A stretch of DNA of 64,000 bases, taken from positions 11,222,001-11,286,000 of the forward strand of contig NW_026889759.1 in the NCBI RefSeq assembly GCF_033153115.1, written 5' to 3'. Below, piece by piece: positions 26,201 through 39,373 of this stretch (within the stretch, counting starts at the first letter, position 1; every line of letters begins with the position of its first letter). The DNA is from Saccostrea echinata. Taxonomy: Eukaryota. Below the pieces are notes generated by a model. It had not been told where the DNA came from, made no database searches, and was given only the letters and a program-made list of their open reading frames with translations. Both the position numbers and the translations under genes were made by a program.

Positions 26201-29200
26201 CTCCTAAATCAAATATTTTCCACTTCTACTTTCACAACGAGATATTTTTTGTTTATTGCTCATTTATTTTTGGCCAAGATACATACTGTATTTCACAATT
26301 AAGATGAACATTTTCTTTATGTTTAATGAATATTTATTTGCATAATATTGTTCGATCGTGGAAGATTCGTCCAGCTATGTCAACATGAAAATTAAACTAA
26401 CATTTAAAAATTAAAACTTGAACCCAACGAAAATTAGTGACTTTATAGTATTCTGCAATGTTTTACATTGTTTTTACCGGCAACATGGGTTAAGATAAGT
26501 TTGAATTTTAAGTCCTTCTGTAAAAAAGTTATTTTTACTGGTATTTTATTAAAATTACTATTTTTTTTTAAAATACAATGATAACGGTCAACTATGGGTA
26601 TGGATGTGAAAAATCTAAAACAAGACGTATCGAGACAAGAACAAATTTTCACCATGAACCTTTGAGTCAATATCTGTGCCAATCGTTGTATCTTTTTACT
26701 AGGAACTGAATAAAATGGATGATTAATCTCCGTTGTTATAGTTATTGGCTTTACTATTTATATTTTTACCATTACTATGACATAGAATTTCCCTCTTATG
26801 ACGTCAGCAAGAACAACTGTGATGCTAAGTGCATCAATGGGAATATTAATTTATCAAATTAATCCTGAGCATAGATCCCTCTCAATAATGTCCATGCGTA
26901 GACTACATGATGCAGAGATTGAAGAGTTTAATTATCCGGCTGATACACTCTAGTATAAAAAAGGTTATAAAAAGCAACAAATAGTCTTGTACTCGTTCGA
27001 TTGACAATAAAAAAAGGGTACATCAATAATATATCATTATAGAGGAGTAGCGATACACACAAAAATAATTTTCATTCGAATGTAAATTCATTCATGATAA
27101 TATATATGGCGGATGTTGCCTCATCTTTGACACTGTTTAGGTCTGAAATACGCGTTCTGTTTACTGTATATTTTATCTCCTTGCATAATACTGTGAAATT
27201 AAGATTTTATGATGGTTTCTGCTATACATTTTTGTTTCTATTACCTAATGTGTTTAATTGTGTTTGGTATTGTCAATTATACTAGTATGTGTTGACATAT
27301 TTTGATTGCTCCGTCACTTATTTATTAATAAATGACCATTCAATTCCAACCTTGCGTTTTCATTTGTGTCAAACAGAGCACCGCCATATCAGATATCCAT
27401 AAATATATATATATATATAAAGAAGTAAGTCAAAACAAATATTATAATTAAAAATAGAATATTTGTCCTCAAATTCTCTGCAGCACTTGATAGTAAATAA
27501 GAAAGAGAGTAGAACACGACCTTGTTAGACTGATGTACAACTAGATTTCACCTGACATAAATTTGACTTGTCGGTTTATAGCTGTTTTATTGATTTCATA
27601 TGTCGCTCTAAATAAATCACAACAGTGAATATCAAATATTTGTGGATTAACCATGCTATTAACACAATTCTCTCAAAAGTTTTTCCGGTGAACTTCAGGT
27701 TTTCTGGGGGAGGACGGGGAGTGCGGAAAATGCAAAAAATATCTCATGGCATATTTTTGATCTACTATGTATAGTAACATAATTAAAGGACAGTCATTCA
27801 GAAGAAGTGTTTTTAATGATCACAATGATATAGCAATAATCCTGCCTGACGCTCGACTCCATTTAATGCAATTAATTTAATTAACTTTTGACGAATGCTG
27901 CGTTACTTGTCTGAAAAGAATCTATATAACANNNNNNNNNNNNNNNNNNNNNNNNNNNNNNNNNNNNNNNNNNNNNNNNNNNNNNNNNNNNNNNNNNNNN
28001 NNNNNNNNNNNNNNNNNNNNNNNNNNNNNNNNNNNNNNNNNNNNNNNNNNNNNNNNNNNNNNNNNNNNNNCAATAAGAATACCGTGAAGCTTCCATTTAA
28101 AAATTTTTAACTCAATGTAATTACCTTATAATATTTTAACTCTGCATACTTTAAAAAAAAAAGAAGAAGAAAAAAGGAGTTAAAATTGCTCTGAAGAGTA
28201 TGGCAAAAAGGTAAGTCGTTCATGTGATGAACTATCAGAAATTTACATATATTATTCTTGAATTTATGGAGTCAAATAGACAAACGGCCTGTGCCCCATT
28301 CTATGTTATTTTTCATGAGAATTGACGACGCGCTCTCCATTTCATACTGTACAAAAACTAGCTGTGGATCCTTTTGTTACAAAGTTATACATGTGGGCAG
28401 AAGGATAGGAACTGTAATCATCATTTAAACTAATTGCCTAAATATTTGTCAAAAAGAAAATAAGTTTGGAATTTTTGATTTCATGCAATAATAATACATA
28501 TCAATCCATATAGAATCTCGGTGATTAGACCCCACTTCGTATTAACATTTAATTGGGAATTCGAATCCAAAGTACAGTGAATTCAATAATGAAGCTCTCA
28601 TAACCATTGAAAATTCTTGCCAAAATCACTTAACATTTACAGCCTATTTAATTTTGACTGCCCAGTAGGTCACGTGAACTGATACTGACGTCAGAAAAAG
28701 TCCCATGATGCTTATACATTCATGCTTTATTTGCTCCATTATGAATGGTGTGATCAAAGAGTACAGCTGCTGTAAAATCATCAGTGTTAAATCATGAAGA
28801 TGAGCATTACGTATCTGGTTGTTCGTGAAGGTCAACCATGTCCTTGCAAATTCTTAAGAGTATGCACTTATGCATATCCTTTAATACACTAGAACAGTAT
28901 TTAATCTTCGTATGAAATGGTAAAGTGCCGGTTCACACTTCAGAAAATTTGAATGAGGAAAGAATTATGTCACGTATTACAAAATTGATCTACCTTATGA
29001 TATAGAATTTTCTATAACAGTATTGTAAGTGCGAAGAAAATTCATAAAAATTCAAATAAATTACACAAGAGGAGAAGGGAAAGAATAAAGTTCTGCTCCG
29101 TAATAAAAAAAAAACACACCCTTTGACGGTCATTCTCATGTGAAGCAATATTCGATATTAAAATCTATTTGTAAACAGTGAAACAGCGTTATCCCTATTG

Positions 29201-31278
29201 TGTTTGATGTATTGTTTTAGCAATGAAATGCTAAGCCGAAACTGGAAAACTTGTGGGAGTAAATAAGCTCGGGGGTGGAATGCTTCCGTCTGAACCCAAG
29301 ATTATTAATTAAATGTTTTATAAGGTTTCCTGTCCAATAAACAGTTTTAAAAATCAGCACGTAGCAATTTTTCAACGAAAGATTTTTCTCTTTTTTATTG
29401 CCCCTCAATGTTTTGCATTATCGCCTATAGGTTTGAGGTCGATTATTTCCTAACTGTCTCGATATCTACGACCCAAGAATCGTGTTTTCTGATAGATCTA
29501 TTGGAAAATAAGTGGCACAAAAGAAAAGCAGGGGTCTAATTTTGTTGCATTATGTAGTCACGTTATCGCACAAGACTATATAGGAAATGCAGATAACCAC
29601 CTCAAAAAGGCGGATTTAAGAATTTTTACACTTTTTACAATTTCCTCTCCATTTCAATAGGTTAATATTTGAATTTAGTTCGGATAAAAAGACCCAAATC
29701 GCGGAAGTTTCTAAACACGAACTTGCACTGAAGGTTGATATATTTCTAAGACAACATCTTTTATTTATTACTCCCACGACAGGAACAGGAAACTAGAATA
29801 CACAAAATTTGATGTTTCTACGCTTACTTTTCACATTTAATTAAACAAATATCTTAAAAACATCTATGTAACAATGACCCTCTCTTTTTGTATTCCTTCA
29901 AATGCTATCGTTCAGACATAACACAGTGTTTGAGGGACCTCACCTCACATAGTTACTTGACCACAACAACACTTGCGTATTTTACCATAAAGAGGCCAGT
30001 TAACTAACCAATTCACTTGGTCAAACATTGGTCTAGTTAACCGAGAAACTTGGTTTATATTGCATAATAAAAAAAAACAACTTTTGTCCCAGTAAAAAAC
30101 GACGACGATAATATGTGTTCAGAGCCCAAAATTTGTTACATAGATTCTAGACTCTTGTTTTCAGCCAATTATTAGCTTTACGTATTTATGTAGTTCCAGT
30201 TAATTTTCAGTGATACATTTGAAAAAAAATTAAGCATTTTCTTTATATTACCGTAAAAGTTCTTATAAATAGGCAAATCTGACATATTTAAAGACCAATT
30301 ATTTATACGTGATATTGACTGTGATCATGGAATAACTAAACAATATCAAGAAAAAAATTCGTTATCAATGATTGTTGAATATTTTTAATTGATAACAAAG
30401 TTCAGACATTTTCCCCAGTCTGGAACGTTTCAAAAATTTGCTACAAAAAAGTTGAAAAATACAATTTCCTGAAATGTAGTTCAAAGTGCAATTTTTCTAA
30501 ATTTTTGGACAAGCATTTTCTAATTCCGAGTATTTTTTAATGTGTGTCTTAGCACATTTCCTAGTGTTTACTGTTGGATTATTCCATTTTAAATGTAACA
30601 CCTGTAAACAGCCTTGGCCTTGAACAAATTTCCATTCTAAATTTGACGTCCTGCCCAAAAGTTCATGTGTATACCAATTTAAGGATAGCCTGGATTTAAG
30701 AGCGTTCTTCATGTAAAGGTTGTTACTCTACTTAACCATACCTTATAAATCTCTAAAGGGTTTAAACGTACAAGTGAACATCGAACGATACACCCTCTCC
30801 ACAAATCTAATTCAAACTCTTAATTACAAATCAATAAGAAAACTTGAAATTAATTGAAATCACCTTCATTATTTAACTGATTTACAGTTACGTGATATAA
30901 CAGATGTGCGAAACCCTTATCTATGTTCTTTTTTTTTTTTTTCATTACATATTTATATACATATCAACTCAATATTTCAAACAACATAAGAAACTGATAT
31001 TCACAAACACACACATATTTCATCTATTGACCTAAATTCCATGTAAAACTTATTTTCTGAGGAAAGCTCCACACTTATATTTTATAACAGATATTTCACG
31101 ACAGATGAGTGCATTTTTGCGCCAATGAAATTGCAACCGCCGCCAGAGAAGCAGTAAATGTTGACACAAAAAATAAGTGAGGGAATAAACGAGAAAGCAC
31201 GTGAATTTGACAGGTACTTACCATGCAAACAAGAGGCACCTGTAGGAGCAGAAGAGTCACTGCTAGTCGATAGTCCAT
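20272..31278 (-). CDS. Secreted trypsin-like S1 protease with two N-terminal thrombospondin type-1 repeats, 458 aa; exons 31278-31222, 21792-21276, 21161-21049, 20961-20272
   Basis: GT-AG introns in consistent phase (1377 nt). Signal peptide MDYRLAVTLLLLQVPLVCMA. Two WxxWSxC..C..R.R.C repeats. SPR|IVGG, TAAHC, DIALL, DACTGDSGGP (Asp189). Extra exons in the 9.4-kb first intron, which contains a gap, cannot be excluded. Confidence 0.9.
23460..24250 (+). mobile_element. Highly decayed HINE/satellite remnant in the intron
   Basis: GTCTGTCGTCC microsatellite-like box followed by degenerate CCAAAA.TGTGAAA.T..GA.CCC units related to the 168-bp satellite. Confidence 0.45.
24880..25083. mobile_element. 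Kolobok-type MITE
   Basis: TTAA on both sides (24876-24879, 25084-25087). TIR RGAGGCTGGGGG / CCCCCAGCCTCC. Confidence 0.75.
27932..28070. other. Assembly gap
   Basis: Run of N. Confidence 0.99.
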
Positions 31279-31430
31279 ATTCCGTAAACTCACGCAGGAC
31301 TAACTTTTTTTTTCTCTGTAGTGCTTTATTTTATATGGAATACTTAGGTAGGCGACTTATTAGAACCAAAGGTCGATTCTTTGTCACCCGTAGATCATTC
31401 GCCAAGTAGCCCTGGCGTTCAGGAGCCGGC

Positions 31431-31438
31431 TATTTATA
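31431..31438 (-). promoter_or_regulatory. Putative TATA box of the TSP1-trypsin gene
   Basis: TATAAATA on the minus strand ~150 nt upstream of the ATG at 31278. Confidence 0.55.
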
Positions 31439-33301
31439 GCCTCTCTACTCTCTGTACAATTGAAGAAAATGCTCATTTTTTGACAAGCATCGATACTAAT
31501 ATGACGTATGATTACACGTGCTAAAATTGCTATCCGCCGGTGCTAAATCTCTTGATCAATTTATAAATAACATAATTAGCTGATTTCTTTATCTCTCGTT
31601 ATATTTATTTCGTTGACAGAAAATGACAAAAAGTTGTATAATTGTTGCGCCTTGCTTGAATTATTCAATCGTGGCGAAATTCGCGGGCGTCCGTGGGACC
31701 CCGAGATATAGTCGTTAAATATTTAGATACATCTTTATCTAGTTCTCCCCCAGGAAGGAAGTGTACGCGAAATTACATAAACACGCTTTCAATTATCTTT
31801 TAAAATCTTATTTATGAATCTCATTTTAATTAAGTTTTGCACGCATATCACCCTGATAATTTTATCTGACCAAAGCAACTTTTATTTTTAAAATTCAAGT
31901 TAACGTATCCAATTCCCTTCCCAATTTTTGACGACGTCATGCGATTAAACATGCAAATTGCCAACAAATGTATTTATTTATTGAACTGAGAGAAGGTGAC
32001 AATAATAATTCTATTGATATTGACCCCCCTCCCCCCCAAAAGTTAAACAAATCTTACTGCTTTCAAACTTTAACTTGATAGATCAAAAGTCGCAAGATGT
32101 AAACAACTTTTCCTACAGCAAATAAGTACTTATAGACTACAACAAAAGTAAGACAAAAAAGCATCCACGAATTTTTTTAAAAATTAAAGTCAATTTCAAT
32201 TAAAGCACCACGAATTTCACACATTATACATAACGTAGTATCCAGAATTTAAAACTACTTGTATGTTTAAACAGCCTGAGGAAATGGTTGCTTTTAAGGC
32301 TTGATATACTCTTTTTAAGGTTGAGTCTTCTATGAAATATTGTTTAAAATGAAACATTTTAATTTCATGTACATTATTGGTAACATTATTAAATTTATCA
32401 TTAAGTTGGCAAAAAGCTTATTACACCTAGCAGCTGTTTGTCCGAAAATAAGTAAAAGCTTCTTTAAAAAAAAAGTCGTAAATAATAATGAATAATTCAA
32501 AACATTTTTTCTCATCTGTCAATTCCCTCTAAATTTATCTCCATTATTTTTTACTTTAATACTTATTATTATTAATTATTAAGGAAACTGTATGTAGATT
32601 TTAAATTTATATAAAGAAAATTCTAATTTGATATATTCTACTTGTGTTCAAAGTTTCACTAGATTTCAATTAAAGTCAATCAACGTGATTCCTTTTCAAA
32701 ACAGAAATTTCGCATTTTTATCAAACCGTGTAGAGTGTGTTACCAGATACCACTCATCTTGAGTTGCAGGTTTTAATATAGATGAAGCAATTAAACACTA
32801 GTCTATTTAAACAATTTTTTCAAATGTTGCAGATAAAAGAAATTGAATTCACATCAAACACGGCCTAATCTATAATTATCGTTGCTACCCTGCTCATCCG
32901 TAGATTATATTGCTTCCAAAAATAATATACAGTAAGGCATGTCGGTCTCAAAAGAAATATTGGAAATCAATATAGATAATTTTGATTCAGTTTATACAGC
33001 CGATTGTTTTTTATTATTATTATTAAACGTTGATACTATTTAGAAATTGTTAGAGTGAGAGTGTGCAAATTTTAACCAAGACTGACGTGAGAAGCTTTGA
33101 TCTGTGTAACCATCAGTAAATGCAATGTACATGTATCTTTAAACGTTCGAGAGAAATATTAGTCCCAGTATCACAAAAATATTTTTTTATTATTAAGTAC
33201 AAGCCTGCTCAAAGAAACCAGAAGTCTCTGACGAGACTGGAGCTCTACCAGTTCACTAGAATCTTGTTAATGCGGAAGCTTCACCTTCTGGGCGAAATTT
33301 G

Positions 33302-33469
33302 NNNNNNNNNNNNNNNNNNNNNNNNNNNNNNNNNNNNNNNNNNNNNNNNNNNNNNNNNNNNNNNNNNNNNNNNNNNNNNNNNNNNNNNNNNNNNNNNNNN
33401 NNNNNNNNNNNNNNNNNNNNNNNNNNNNNNNNNNNNNNNNNNNNNNNNNNNNNNNNNNNNNNNNNNNNN
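33302..33469. other. Assembly gap
   Basis: Run of N. Confidence 0.99.
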
Positions 33470-33954
33470 TCCGGACACTTCATTAATCCAGGCTATTGGC
33501 TTGAGAACAGAGACTCGGAAAAGAAAACTTATACCTGGACTTGAATTTTTATGGATTTGTATAATTTAATAATTTTTAAACCAGTACCTGATGACCTTAG
33601 CGTAGTTTATTTGTGTAGCAAGTCTTAACTGTATTTAAAACAGACCAAACTAGGAGGAGAATTTTGATAGAATTATTCGAAATTTTTTTTTCAGCAACCA
33701 TGCAAAAAAAATGTGTTTTTTTTCCTTCTGAAAAAAGTTAAAAGACTAGAAGACAGACGACAGATTCACTGTACCTCACCGCTGTATAAGTTCTCCTGCT
33801 CTCAGGAAAAAAGATAGATGGCTGTCTTTTCCGTCCTTTTCCGTCGAAGTGTTTCTTTAGGTTTGGCATAAAAATATAGGCAATCAGATTTTGCCAAATA
33901 TAAAGTTGTTAGATTTGTATTAAACAAAAAAAACGCCATGCTTCTGGCCTTAAA

Positions 33955-35381
33955 GATTTACTGCACACACAAGTATTCTGAAGTAGATATTAATAAGATG
34001 CTCGACTTTCCGATTGACAATATCTATGTGGCTTTTGGATATCAGGTCTTCCAAAAATCCGTCGGAATTTTCATGGGTACCAATTGCACACCGTTATCAG
34101 CCGACCTATTTTTGTATTCAAATGGTGCAGAATTCATCCAAAAACTTGTGCATGGAAGGGGAGGGGGACGCTCGCTGTGGCCTTCGGCTCGACATTTAGA
34201 TACATCGACCTAATATCAATTAACAATACAGTAAAACTAGTTTAGTACGAACAAGGATATTAAGAATTCACGGTTATAGCGAAGTTTTTTTGGAATCCCC
34301 GGCAAAATTCTGCACAAATCCTAGGAAAATATTACAATTATAACGAACTCTGATATAACGAATTTACGGATATAGCAAACTGATTTTGTGTCCAGTAGAG
34401 GTTAAAAATAACGAAAATTAAATCTTTTATAACGAATTTTCAATATATATTAAAATTGAAATATTTATCTGATATTATTTTTAATCAGTATTTATATCGG
34501 ATATTCAATATTTTAAAAATCTTAAGTGCCCTATGGAAAACTTTGTAGTGAATACCTCCAAGTACATTGTACATATTTGGTAGTAATATTTAAATAAAAA
34601 AATGCATATTGCGAATTCGTTATATATACTTTAACGAATTCGTTATACGGATATAACGAATTACGGATATAGCGAAGTAAATTCACAAACCCTAAGACTT
34701 CGCTATATTCGAGTTTTACTGTAGTTACTTCCATATGTCGACTCGATATATTCCAGTGACCTTGAGGTGGAAGATACCAAAGATTCTGACACATCTGTTT
34801 CATATTTGGATATTTTACTAGAAAAAGACGTTAATGGTATCCTAGCAAAATTTTATGATAAGCGTGATAACTTTTCTGTCGTCAACTTCCCTTTCTTATG
34901 TACGTAGCGGATTACTTATACCCTTGTCACCTGTGTATGGGGTTTGTGTCTCCCGGTTGGTTCGGTGCGCGGGGGCGTGCTCCGCGTGCTAAAGTTTTCT
35001 AAAACGAGGCAAGCTGTTGACTGGCGGGTTGGTGGGGCAGGGATATCGTCAGTCTCGTTTGGAGTCATCCTTTCGCAAATTCTGTGGTCGGTGCAATGAC
35101 CTAGTCAGCGGGTATGGTCTGTCATTGGGCCGAATGCTGACTGACGTTTTTCGCACTAATTGTTGGGTCATTGTTTCAACACTGAATTGTCAATGGATTT
35201 TTCCGTTTGCCTGATCATGACAGTGAGCACAAGGCGGGTGTGACTGGTCGACAGGTGATTCTTGCTCCTCTATGGCACCTGATCCCGCCTCTGATGTGTT
35301 TTTAGGTCCGTGTTTGCTCTGCTCCCGATTTGCATTGTTTCAATGGACATTTTAGCTTAATTACTGTTCGTTATCTCCATA
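33955..35381 (+). mobile_element. 5'-truncated Penelope-like retroelement (RT core to 3' end), A-to-G hypermutated and split by a MITE
   Basis: IDNIYV.FG.QVFQ.SVGI.MGTNC.PL.ADLFLYS, F-RYID, FYDKRD and F.VVNFP motifs. Tail CACCTGATCCC.CCTCTG...CTGTTCGTTATCT is shared with the copies at 1216-1780 and 59040-59300. Confidence 0.88.
34229..34721. mobile_element. Tc1/mariner (pogo/Tigger-like) MITE
   Basis: TA duplications at 34227-34228 and 34722-34723. TIR CAGTAAAACT...AGTTTTACTG. Internal TATAACGAA/TATAGCGAA repeats. Confidence 0.85.
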
Positions 35382-35858
35382 TTAAATTGAATTCAGCTGA
35401 AATAATCTTTGTTGTTATTCATCAAGCAAACATTACTACGCATTCGACATCCATTGCATCTGCGTGGTTAAAAATTTAGCAATTTTGAAATGCATCATCT
35501 CACTTCTTTATTACTTTTTGTATAGTTATTAATTTTGCAAAATGGATTTGCGTTGTTGGAGGTGTTAACAGTGTATAAACAATCAAATACAGTTAACTTT
35601 GGGTTAAGTTTTAATTTAGAACATCGCACAATGGAGTAAACAAAACTTCGAAAATAAAATTTGACATTTACACTCATAATGAAATCGCGTAATGAGCAGA
35701 GAAATGTAATTAAAACTAACTAAACAAATAAATAGAGGGCGTATGAAGCTTAGCATGATGTTAAGTATTAGGTTACGTGAATGCTAGTGATGTGATCACA
35801 AGGCCACTCTGAAATTCATATTTATTTATCTACCCATTTTTATATTATCACCTTACTT

Positions 35859-35910
35859 CGATAATTAGTTCTTTGTTGGAACTCCGATAATTAGTTCTTT
35901 GTTGGAACTC
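35859..35910. repeat. Perfect 26-bp tandem duplication
   Basis: CGATAATTAGTTCTTTGTTGGAACTC twice. Confidence 0.85.
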
Positions 35911-36153
35911 TGGTACAGAGAAGCGTACAATAAAGTATTTATACACCCAAAAGACGTATCATTTTATTCATTTTGGTATCTTCATGCACACACAGTAAAC
36001 GAAAACTTGCTAAAAAATGAAAACACTAATTCCCCGAGGTACATAAATATGAATTTCTCTCTCTCTCTCTTTTTTTATAAATAAAAATTCACAACCATTC
36101 AGCACAAAATATTTTGCCTAGACAAGGTCCCATAGAACTTTTGTGTGCTTTAA

Positions 36154-38850
36154 CAGTGGCGAAGGGTGCTCCAAATATGTGTAGGCACGAGAAATTGAAG
36201 CCGAAAGCTTCACTGAGGTGTAAAGCACCAAAAGAGAATAGGTGAGGGAGGGGACCACCCCTTCCCGCAGGTGGGCGAATTCCGAGAGGCCCCTTCCAAA
36301 ACTTTTTTAAAAGGACGCAAAATTAGCCCTTTTGAGAGCAGAAAATACATAAGCTTTTTTCAGGTAATTTTATTGGAAAAAATTGAGATTTCCCGCATTA
36401 ACTAGGTCTGATTTTTTAAAAGCAGAGTTAAAATGTCATTTCAAGATATACATGTATGTCCACTCAGTGTACATACTAGTAATACTATATACTTATTAAA
36501 GTTTGAAAAAAATTACGTTTTGCCGGGTCCATAGTTATAAACCAACAAAATGTCTGAGTTATAGTCAAAAAATTGCTTCATGCATCATGTCCATTGCAAA
36601 ATCATTCAACGTTTCTTTTTTTTTTTAGCTTCGTCAAAATTATACTGGAAGGTGTTGTGAATACGCATTAGGGTACTTAAAGGTTAGAAAACTTCTCCTG
36701 GCCCATAGTGGCCCTCAAATACTGTAGTACGACTTTATTCTCTTCATAGCACTGAAAAGCAGTGAAAACGGACATGTTAATGAAGACGCGTAGATTTAAG
36801 TGGACATTGGAAAAGAGGATGCCGTTAGTGTTTTCAAGGGTGTCTGAAAGGCATTCAAGCTTAAGTTCATTTATCTTCCATCTGAGTTTCCATCTCTTTA
36901 TTTCTTCCTCGAGTTGGTTAGGGAGAGGAAGGTCAGCGTTGTAATGTTTAGCAATGTCAGCTTGGTTTTGGATTGTAAACTCTTGAAGATAAAGGGATTA
37001 AAGTTCGTGCGTGAAATCTGGTCTCTGGCACAAGAAGACTGTCTGTGGTCCCTAACCAAATGATCTGGGATAAAACATGGCCTGCTTATAATACCGTGAA
37101 ACATTATCTGCGGGAACATTTTCCCTATTCTGCTGTCTTTGGGCATTACGAGAACTTCGTATAACAACCTCATGCTTCCAAGCAATAGCTTCAACTTTTG
37201 TACACAGCTTATCCCTCACCGCATCTTTTTTTCTTTCAGGCTGTTACATTAGCCTCCTTTACCGCTTCTATCTGATCCATGGATTTAAACTGCAACATCT
37301 TCGACAACTGTACTGCGCTCTGGATGAGACGTTCTGTCGTTACCAGACTAAAAATAAAGAGAAACGTAAGCATGTTGTTCAAATTGAACTGGGTTGTCGT
37401 GTCTCTTTCGTCTCCGAGGTTGGCTAATGCATCAACGACCACGTCAAAGATAGCCAGGAATGTGTAAAGAACATCGCCTCTAGCGGACCAGCAAGTCTCA
37501 AAAAGTTCCCTGAGCTTTTATCTCTTTTTAAGCTCATGTGGCACAGTCACTTGTTTCGTATATGGGGTCATCCCCCTTCTCTTTCTTTCCATAAGGTAAG
37601 ATACCTAACTCAATTTCAGGCACCCCCGCTTCAAGCTCGTGTTGCTTTCTAGGCTACAAACTAATGTGAACGCTTTACAGAATATGAAAATGCAAAATGT
37701 ATTTCCTGCACTATGTCCATCATATTTCATATTATCATTTCATTCGAAACATGTATACAATTGCTAAGTTTGAGAAATTGGAATGGCGTTGAACATAAAT
37801 TGCCTCTGGGTGTAGCACTCTGATCCTGCTTGAGCTCCTCGACGACAACGTCTCATATTTGATGTGCCGTCGTCACCCTGACCTATCATATATTATACGT
37901 TTATTCCAAACTCCCTCAGTCCTCTAAAAATAATTCTGGAAGGGCTTCCCCTGTTGTAGACTTCGCTTGGACAAATCCAAGAAATTCTTCCCTCACGATG
38001 TTCTCATGATGTAGCAACTTGGTCAGTTGTGGACCTATCCGTTGCTTCAACTGCAATTATAGAAAAACACTTAGCAGAGTTGCATTCCTTTACAATTTTT
38101 TCTCTAATCTATCTCTCTAGAATAACAATAATTTCACTTTGAATGCCAGGACTAGTGTATTTAGGACCCTGTATTTAGTTACAACGTAGTACAGCAGTAG
38201 GGTTGCCCAGGTGTTCTGCTAGATCACTGGTCATCTTGTGCCGATAATTTCAAAATTGCAAGAAAGTTACTGTCCTCTGGAGTATGTCCACGAAAAAGAA
38301 TAATCTGTGATCCACATGAGGCAATGTCTTTTATTGTCTTTCTGAACAGTTTCGTGCTGTTTCGAAGATATTTGATCGACGATCGTCTTTCTTTGTTGTA
38401 CAGTGTACCTCAGTAACCACCAAGTGCCTTAAGATTAACTTACCAAAATTTTTCCAGTCAGAAATAGACATTGTTGAAAATATTTTTTCTTTAGAATCAC
38501 TGGAGAAAATAAAGTAAGGTGCACAGTAGATGGTGTCCAAAGAAACTGAATACTTCATCCACGAGTTCTGCATTTAATGGACACCTTTATTTCTTCATAA
38601 GAACTTCTGTTTAATAATGTTCCTGGTAAAAAAAGGAAATGACATGTCTTGCCGTCATAGTTACTACATAACTGAACGTTTGATACTAAATTTGGAATAA
38701 CACTTAATAGTACAAATGTAACTTGGTTGGGAATGAAACATTGAAAGCTTCCAAATTCGTTGTGAGAAAGAAACCCAACTTTCTCTTTATTTGTCAAAGA
38801 TGAAGGCAGGAATGTCCCAGGATCTTTGCACAGGGTACTTACTTCGACTT
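36154..38850 (-). mobile_element. Decayed hAT transposon (ZMYM1/Tip100-like transposase pseudogene)
   Basis: CAGTGGCG terminus at 36154. Minus-strand remnants WMKYS..DTIYCAP..F..SDWK (TTF zinc finger), KYTSPGIQSEII..KCFSIIA.EATD and FSAMKRIK..LRATMGQE (dimerisation domain). Many stops and frameshifts; the other end was not found. Confidence 0.78.
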
Positions 38851-39373
38851 GATGCTTGAATCGGATATGTGGGATTAATTGTAAAAGAATGTCTTTTTCA
38901 AAAATTGTAAATTATTTAGCTTCGGTTACGGCGTTTTGCGTTAAAGAAGATTTGTACGTGCGGAAAAATATATCATTTACATGCATGTACAACCGCTATC
39001 AATGTATAAACATACTAGGATCAAAAATTCGAAATATTATATATCAGCGAAAAATATTAAATATTGGAAATGCTCATTTATATAAAACTAAGGTAGAAAA
39101 ACTCGTATTTATATTTTTAACTTGCATTTTATGAAGTTATCTCTCATTACGAGGTCAAAAATTCATAAGGACCCTTTTCCACAGGCACTTGTTTTTTTTT
39201 TTTTAACCCATAGTATTTTCAAAAGTCAAAGTATCTAATTTCAAATTACATGGAGTACCCCCTCCCCAGAATCACGGTGTGAGATGAATTTTCCAGTCGG
39301 AGCAGAGTTTTGACGATGTTTATTGAGGTAAAAGAAAAATAAAGAAAACATGCTCGTATATGGTTGTGAAGAT

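Noticed and set aside
27881-33569. ORFs containing X runs
   Set aside because: Artefacts of the two N gaps.
35017-35214. Gly/Cys-rich 65-aa ORF as a novel peptide
   Set aside because: It is the PLE RT C-terminus recoded by A>G changes.
34900-35300. CpG island, horizontal transfer or gene conversion as the cause of the GC-rich patch
   Set aside because: The skew is A loss with G gain on one strand only, and the region aligns collinearly to an A-rich sister copy.
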